This document shows positions 56,189-64,000 of a stretch of 64,000 nucleotides of DNA, one piece after another. The notes below the pieces were generated by a model that was given only the letters and a program-made list of their open reading frames with translations, was not told where the DNA came from and made no database searches. Source of the DNA: Octopus sinensis (lineage: Eukaryota). The stretch spans positions 51,088,001 through 51,152,000 of the forward strand of contig NC_043014.1 in NCBI RefSeq assembly GCF_006345805.1, written 5' to 3'. Position numbers and translations under genes: made by a program. Positions within the stretch are counted from its first letter, which is position 1. Each line of letters starts with the position of its first letter.

Positions 56189-57630
56189 AAAGGAAATCCG
56201 TTGGAAAAACAAAAACAGAACAGATGCGGAGCAAAAACAAATCGAACTATGCTCCTAAGAGCCCATGGCGAAACTGTTTATCAGTGTATGTTGAGAACCG
56301 GTGGCTGAAGAATTCAACGGGTCAGGCATCGGTCAATCATGTGGGTGAGGGTGCATAGATGTTCTTTGTGACCGAGAATAAAGTTCTGACTATTTAAGGA
56401 ATATTGGATGTTTTATAAGGGGCGAGAAAAAATCTACTTAGAGACGTGTGTGTGTGTATACTGTTCTATATATGTGTGTGTTCGCGTAGGGGTAGAAAAC
56501 ATTTTTTGTGTACGTGTGTGCGTTTGATCGTTCGGCTGTCAGTGATAACCGTTGGGTGGCAGAAAGAAAAGAACAAAAAGAAAAAATATATATATATTAT
56601 GTTTTATGTGTGTGTGTGTTCATCTAAGCCTGCCTTGTCAAGGAAACCCCCCGCTGTGAAAAAACCAAGCCCCGTTTGTCTTACAGGAGTAATTCCCCTT
56701 GCAGTGGTTAATCGTAGATATCTTAAAGGCTATTTCAGAATTTGTTACCAAGGGCTATGGGTGCCGGTATTATTTATAAACGCTATTTAAAAGCCAGATA
56801 AGTGTAACGCCGCCAATGGGGGCATCGAAAAGCCGACTGTAAGAGCCCGTTTACCATCCGGCCTCTGGCAAACAAAATATGGAAGAGTTCGGAGACAGTG
56901 CAACCTTTGTGTCTCCGAACTCTTCCATATTTTGTTTGCCAGAGGCCGGATGGTAAACGGGCTCTTACAGTCGGCTTTTCGATGCCCCCATTGGCGGCGT
57001 TACACTTATCTGGCTTTTAAATAGCGTTTATAAATAATACCGGCACCCATAGCCCTTGGTAACAAATTCTGAAATAGCCTTTAAGATATCTACGATTAAC
57101 CACTGCAAGGGGAATTACTCCTGTAAGACAAACGGGGCTTGGTTTTTTCACAGCGGGGGGTTTCCTTGACAAGGCAGGCTTAGATGAACACACACACACA
57201 TAAAACATAATATATATATATTTTTTCTTTTTGTTCTTTTCTTTCTGCCACCCAACGGTTATCACGGCAGTAGCCACTGACAGCCGAACGATCAAACGCA
57301 CACACGTACACAAAAAATGTTTTCTACCCCTACGCGAACACACACATATATAGAACAGTATACACACACACACGTCTCTAAGTAGATTTTTTCTCGCCCC
57401 TTATAAAACATCCAATATTCCTTAAATAGTCAGAACTTTATTCTCGGTCACAAAGAACATCTATACACCCTCACCCACATGATTGACCGATGCCTGACCC
57501 GTTGAATTCTTCAGCCACCGGTTCTCAACATACACTGATAAACAGTTTCGCCATGGGCTCTTAGGAGCATAGTTCGATTTGTTTTTGCTCCGCATCTGTT
57601 CTGTTTTTGTTTTTCCAACGGATTTCCTTT

Positions 57631-57719
57631 TTTCTTCCTGAAGAGAAAGACACAATATGGTCCCATTATTCAATCGGATTTTGGTAATTTGTGCCTTTCG
57701 AAACACGTGTAGAATGAAA
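57631..57719 (+). ncRNA. Type I hammerhead ribozyme, canonical core (right arm)
   Basis: TTC-CTGAAGA(57638-44)-GAAAGACACAA..TTGTGCCTTTC-GAAA(57700-03)-CACGTGT-A(57711)-GAA. Stem II pairs at 10 of 11 positions and closes with G-C. Stem III is the palindrome ACACGTGT. The triplet is GUA. Stem I is 3 bp + bulge + 4 bp. Confidence 0.8.
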
Positions 57720-57930
57720 TAAAACGATTTCTGTTCAATCTGCGTTCAGCTCCATTTCTTCAATTCACCAATAATGTTTTAATTTCGATTATCCGCACCA
57801 ACGCACGGTTGCAACGCCAGATGGTTGTACCTCCAACCGTGCTGTTTACTGCTGTGATTTTTGCTACTAAGGTATCGGTTAAACTTTTGATTAATCTACT
57901 ACAAGATTATTCATCTTTCTATTTCACATA

Positions 57931-57963
<33 letters not shown>

Positions 57964-58231
57964 TATATACATACATACACACACACACACACACATATAT
58001 ATATACATATATATATGTATATATATATATATACATATATAAATGGATGAATGAATAATCCTGTGTTTACCGTTAACATGGAAAATTCAATAAGCAGTTA
58101 CCAGGGTAGCAAAATTCACGCAAGTAACATGGATGTACTGACTTATTCAATGGTAGAAACTCCGTGTTAATGTGCAGTAATTTGTGTAGTATAAGTAAAT
58201 AAATGGAGTTGAACGCAGATGCTATTCAAAT

Positions 58232-58263
<32 letters not shown>

Positions 58264-58364
58264 ATGTGTGTGTGTGTGTGTGTGCACGTAATATTGTGTG
58301 TGTGTATGTGTATAAGTGTGTGTGTGTGTATGTGTGTGTGTGTGTTAATTTTAATATTAATGTA

Positions 58365-58585
58365 TCCGGTGAGCTAGCAGAATCGATAGGAAGCCGGACA
58401 AAATGTTTAGCGACGTCTCGTCCGTCTTTACGTTCAGTGTTGAAAGTTCGCCGAGGTCGTCTTGCTTCTATTTCTTTCTTTCGGGGTTGATGAAATAAGT
58501 AACAGTTAATAATCTAGGGTCGATGTAATCGACTTGTCCCATCCCTCCCTCGATCTTACTGGCCTCGTGCCAAAATTCGAAACCG
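58365..58585 (+). mobile_element. Degenerate SINE B with a third tail type; a second head follows at about 58603-58685
   Basis: GGTGAGCTAGCAGAATCG..CGCCGAGGTCG..TTTCGGGGTTGAT..GGGTCGATGTAATCGACT..GGCCTCGTGCCAAAATTCGAAACC. Confidence 0.7.
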
Positions 58586-59174
58586 ATATTAATACATACT
58601 TAAGGCGACGGGTCGACGGATTCTTTAGCACGCCAGGCAAAATGCTTCGCGATTCTCCGTCTTCCTTCACGTTCGGAGTACAAATAGTATAATTAGATAT
58701 ATAAACCCATTTATCTTTTATTTAGTGATATGCGTTTCTGACTAATCTCAGCATCAATGGTAATTTTTCTTCTCTTCATACTCTTGTAACAGACTGACAT
58801 CCACGCTCCGAACAAGATGACACTAAAATCTAATTTGGATCTTCTGGTAATTTCCATGCACATCATTTATGCTTGTAATGTGTTGGAAACCCAAAACAGC
58901 CCAAACGCCAGTATCGTAATTCTTCATTTATGCTCAGCATTGAAATAATAACGGAATGGGCTTCCTAATAAAAGCAAATATGATATTGATTTCTCGCTCT
59001 AAATTTAATTTTCGAGCCAATTAGTGAATAGAAATGGGTGACCAAAAACTCTGCTTAAAATAGCAACACTGTCTTCCTCAAATCATACGTTAGCTTCATA
59101 AGAATTATATTTTTGGTTATAAGATTGGTAACAGAAACTGCAAACTCGTTGGAATAAATTTGCTGCAACATCAT

Positions 59175-59591
59175 AGGCGCAGGAGTGGCTGTGTGGTAAG
59201 TAGCTTGTTTACCAACCACATGGTTCCGGGTTCAGTCCCACTGCGTGGCATCTTGGGCAAGTGTCTTCTAGTATAGCCTCGGGCCGACCAATGCCTTGTG
59301 AGTGGATTTGGTAGACGGAAACTGAAAGAAGCCCGTCGTATATATGTATATATATATATGCGTGTGTGAGTTTGTGTGTCTGTGTTCGGACCTCCTAGCA
59401 TTGCTTGACAACCGATGCTGGTGTGTTTATGTCCCTGTTACTTAGCGGTTCGACAAAACAGATCGATAGAATAAGTACTGGGCTTACAAAAGAATAAGTC
59501 CCTGGGTCGAGTTGCTCGATGAAAAGCGGTGCTCCAGCATGGCCGCAGTCAAATGACTGAAACAAGTAAAAGAGTAAAGAGTAAAAGAGTA
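59175..59591 (+). mobile_element. SINE family A, full length
   Basis: Matches 11325-11757. Confidence 0.9.
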
Positions 59592-59799
59592 TCACTCGAT
59601 GGGGCTGAAGAAGGGCTGAGAAACAAAAGGAAAACCTGTAAGAAATGAAATCGACAGAATAATGACAGGGAAAAGATGAAAGGAATAGTCAACAGCGGGG
59701 TAAATATAGACGGACGGAATGCTGCTATTTTTTTCCGGCGAGTAAACAATTTTGCCTAGGTGGGACTAGTTCAAGAAAGGAACATTAAGAAAAGAACTA

Positions 59800-60252
59800 T
59801 GAGCGATCACCGAACCAGAAATCACCTGACCAGTCATCAGAAATGGGACAGTGTTGTAGTGAATAAAAAAAAAAGAAGGAATATGTATTATTATCGACAT
59901 AGCATGCCCCTGTGAGCAAAGGATCAAAGAGAAAGAAGGAGAATTAATGAACAGTTATGACGATTTGAAGTGGGAAATAGGAAGGTTGTGGTCAATAAGG
60001 TGAGAGGACGTGATATCAATCTTAGTTGGTGCCCTTGGAAGTATGAGCACTCAACTACCAACATGACTGAAAAAAGATCGGTGCAAGTGTGAAGGTAGAA
60101 CATCTATAGAAATCGGCATTACTTGGAAATACAAGAATTCTTCGCAGGGTTCTTGAAGCACGACCAGTAAAGAAGTATCAAGGTGTCATCTTAGTCATAC
60201 CCAGAAAAATATGCTGGGATTTTTCTTCAAATAATAATCATAATAATAATAA
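59800..60252 (+). mobile_element. R4/Dong-type LINE: RLE endonuclease remnant, 3' UTR and (TAA)n tail
   Basis: DSVVVNKK/CIIIDIACPCEQRIKEKE..YDDLKWEIGRLW..ILVGALG..LLGNTRILRRVLE, with stops. TAA tail at about 60230-60252. Confidence 0.85.
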
Positions 60253-60299
60253 CCAAAAAGTCAAAAGTAGTTAAAAACCAGAAAAAGTACAAAAGTTAT

Positions 60300-60670
60300 C
60301 TGACTGGTGAGAGAACGCTTTGCATGATAGTTTCCCAAAGACAGTTTCAGGAAATGGTAGCAGTGATACATAGTTATGTTTGCAGAAAGTAAGGCTGAAA
60401 GGGGAGACAGAAAATGTGTTAGTAGCATCACAAGGTTAAACAGTACGGATGAATTACATAAAAGCCAAGGTACACAAATCCCACGTGGATTCGCAATGTA
60501 GGTTATGCAAATCAAAAGAGGAAAGTGTTACTCATATACTAAGTGAATGCAGCGTGGTGGCTCAGATAGAATACAGGGAGAGACGCGACAATCCAGGGAG
60601 AGTAATACCCTGGGAGTTATGAGGAATGCTCGGATTTGTGCATACAGATACATGGTATCAACATGAACTT
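60300..60670 (+). mobile_element. R4/Dong-type LINE: CCHC zinc-knuckle remnant
   Basis: LKGETENVLVASQG*TVRMNYIKAKVHKSHVDSQCRLCKSKEESVTHILSECSVVAQIEYRERRD..WYQHE (C-X2-C-X8-H-X4-C). Confidence 0.85.
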
Positions 60671-61170
60671 CTGACAGAATTCAGTCTTCACAATTCCTTA
60701 ATTCATCAATTCCTCAATCCCTACCTTATTTCCTTCCTTGTAAAGTGTCGCCAGTCCACATAATTCTTGGATGATACACACTGTATTATTTTCAATACTT
60801 TCCTCGTTCTGTTATCCAAGAATTCAATGTCCTCTGTTCGTCATCGTAGTACTGCGACTCCATATTTCAAGAGAGCAATCTCTCATGAATTCATTTCTTG
60901 GATTTAATTTCTCCCATTCAATTTCCTCTTCAAAACCAATCTTAACCTTCGGTAATACACCAGAGAGAATATCTCCTTTATGTGGCTTTCCACATCCGAT
61001 GTGACCGGATATTTGTATCCTTCCTTGCCAATGCTCTTTATAAAGACTCCAGCGGACAATTTAACACCAACGAATTGTTGGACTTTTCCACTCTTTAGAA
61101 ACAACACTCCACACTTAATCAACCTAAATTCCGCTCTAATAAAATGCATTCTATAAATCAGTGAATTCTA
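60668..61170 (-). mobile_element. R4/Dong-type LINE: RT C-terminal (thumb) remnant, inverted
   Basis: EFRLIKCGVLFLKSGK..SIGKEGYKY..YYRRLRLVLKRKLNGRN matches the conserved FGLDKC..GYKYLG..RRL..IL.SKLNG.N pattern. Confidence 0.8.
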
Positions 61171-61289
61171 GTGACTTCTTTCTTTCCCTTAAACCTCCAA
61201 CTTTTATATAAAAACTACCCGTCTCATCTCTTCTTTCAACACGTGGCATTTTTTGTCTTTCACAAAATCCAAGAAAGCGTTGTCACTGT

Positions 61290-62225
<936 letters not shown>

Positions 62226-62712
62226 CAATTACTCTTGTTGCTATAGCAGTAACAGTGCGAGCGGTTAGAGAAGCCAGTAATCACAAGAGAATAAAAGTGA
62301 AAAACCATGGCTACTAAGTGCTTGGAAGGAAAACGAAAATCAATGATTTTCTATATAAAATAATTTTTTTTTTAGTAATTCCATCGGGGCATCTCCATCC
62401 ATACACAGAAAAAGGAAACAAAATAAACACTTTAAAAAATAGAACTCTGGAAATATACTAATGGAAACTTCTGTCTCCAATTGCCATAAACAGCAATTCC
62501 AATTGCAGAATTTTGCAGCTGAATTAGCGGGCAAAATTCCAATATTTGGAATAATAATAATAATGATAATAATAATAGAGTTTAGCAACTTTTCAAAAAT
62601 CATCGTGGTGAATATTGCGAAATCGAAAGGTTGTAGTTATCTTGATCTTTCCCAACCCTCTCTATCTGTGTCTCTGTGTCACTGCATATATATAATATAT
62701 ATATATATATAT

Positions 62713-62744
<32 letters not shown>

Positions 62745-62852
62745 GTGTGTGTGGTGTGTGTATATATATATATATATGTGTATATATATATATATATGTA
62801 TGTATATATGTATATATATATATATGTATGTGTATATATATATATGTATGTA

Positions 62853-62913
<61 letters not shown>

Positions 62914-63884
62914 TATCGAAAGACAGAGAATGAGACACAAAGAAAAAGAGAAAGGGACAGACAGACAGAAGAAGAGAAAGACTAACAAGGAGATAAATTC
63001 GTAGATAAATTAAATTTAATCTAGATGATATATATATATATATACGTGGGTGGATGTGTATGGGTGATGCATCTATACACATGCATTCTGTGCATGGAAA
63101 TTTCGTTTGTGTGTGTACCAGCGTTTGTTGATGCCACTGGAAGATTTGTCCTACATCTGAGTACATTTCATTTTCATACAGCGCAGACATTTATTAGCCT
63201 AAGTGAAAGAATATTTCGGAGTCAGCCTCAATAACTATAATTTATTTAATAAATATAAACTCAGTAAATAACATCAAAGCGACCAATGTCACGATAAAAT
63301 GAAAGGGCCTAATGTAATTGTATGACCAAATAGACATAACAGCTTAATGGTAAAGAATTAAATAAACAAATCAAATGGGCTTAACATTAAGTCAATAAAT
63401 TTGAAGCATGAAAGCGATACATTGGTATGGATGAAGGCAATTTCAAAATAAGGTTTCACATCCATAGAGAATGAGCAGAATGAGCAGAAATATAACACAA
63501 TTATATATGAATGTGCTGAGTGTAGAAATCTTGTCGTTACAATGATTTGATATTACCCAGACAACAGTCGAGCATTTGATACGACAAAGTAATAACAAAT
63601 TTTATTGCGGAAAAATTGTATGTCATCCATATCAAACGAACGGCAATAATGAGAATATCTCATGCCCGGGGGAACCTATACTTGAGGTAAGTTTTTAATT
63701 GCCCACTGGATAATAATCCAGAAAAGCTCGTACATAAAAAAAGGTAAAATTTGCGAAATATCCTAACGTTGAAACATCACCTGAAGACCATTCTTATACG
63801 GATGTGAAATTTGTTTAACAAAGAAATAGTTAAAACAATTTTTCCCGCCTTTTATCTGTCTCTTACCTATCATTTTTTTCTGTG

Positions 63885-64000
63885 TAAGTGTGTGTGTGTG
63901 TGTGTATGTTTGTCCGCCCAACATCGCTTGACAACCGATGGTGGTGTGTTTACGTCCCTGTAACGTACCGGTTCTGCAAAAGAAACCGATAGGATAAGTA
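63885..64000 (+). mobile_element. SINE A 3' half, cut by the window end
   Basis: TGTTTGTCCGCCCAACATCGCTTGACAACCGATGGTGGTGTG..GATAAGTA. Confidence 0.85.

Larger units (their letters stand above)
56044..57775. mobile_element. 1,732-bp near-perfect palindrome (arms 854 and 866 bp, 12-nt spacer), probable Penelope-like inverted pLTR pair
   Basis: Arms 56044-56897 and 56910-57775, spacer GTGCAACCTTTG. The differences I could see are a 12-nt indel and one substitution. The ORF track shows mirrored 81-aa and 114/118-aa ORFs. Confidence 0.95.

Noticed and set aside
56113-57706. Mirrored 81-aa and 114/118-aa ORFs
   Set aside because: They are a by-product of the palindrome, antisense to the HHR strand, partly microsatellite-derived, and have no recognisable domain. 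I also saw no GIY-YIG or RT motif on the sense strand.
56044-57775. Palindrome as a pure assembly fold-back artefact
   Set aside because: The arms differ by a microhomology-bounded 12-nt indel and a substitution, there is a unique spacer, and smaller elements here share the architecture. Long reads are still needed to exclude it fully.
63775-63820. CTGAAGA..GAAA as a hammerhead
   Set aside because: Stem II closing pair, stem III and stem I do not pair properly.

Overview
Very AT-rich eukaryotic DNA saturated with microsatellites ((TA)n, (CA)n, (GATA/GACA)n, (CCAT)n, (ATT)n), with one 100-N gap. I find no intact protein-coding gene. Almost every ORF in the supplied track is a microsatellite or SINE translation artefact. 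The tRNA-derived SINE families look like those of Octopus (recognition only, not database-checked). Recognisable content: five SINE families (my labels A-E, about 25 copies or fragments), one near-complete and three partial mariner remnants, three 3' ends of one CR1/L2-group LINE family, scrambled pieces of an R4/Dong-type LINE (RT-thumb, CCHC, RLE), and many fold-back or MITE-like elements. The most striking signal is a set of type I hammerhead-ribozyme (HHR) folds from about five sequence-unrelated families. They have self-complementary stem III, often sit in inverted duplications inside (TA)n tracts, and resemble Penelope-like-element pseudo-LTRs. The best case is a young 1,732-bp near-perfect palindrome (56044-57775) carrying two outward-facing HHRs with fully canonical cores. 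All folds were derived by eye and none was computed or tested.
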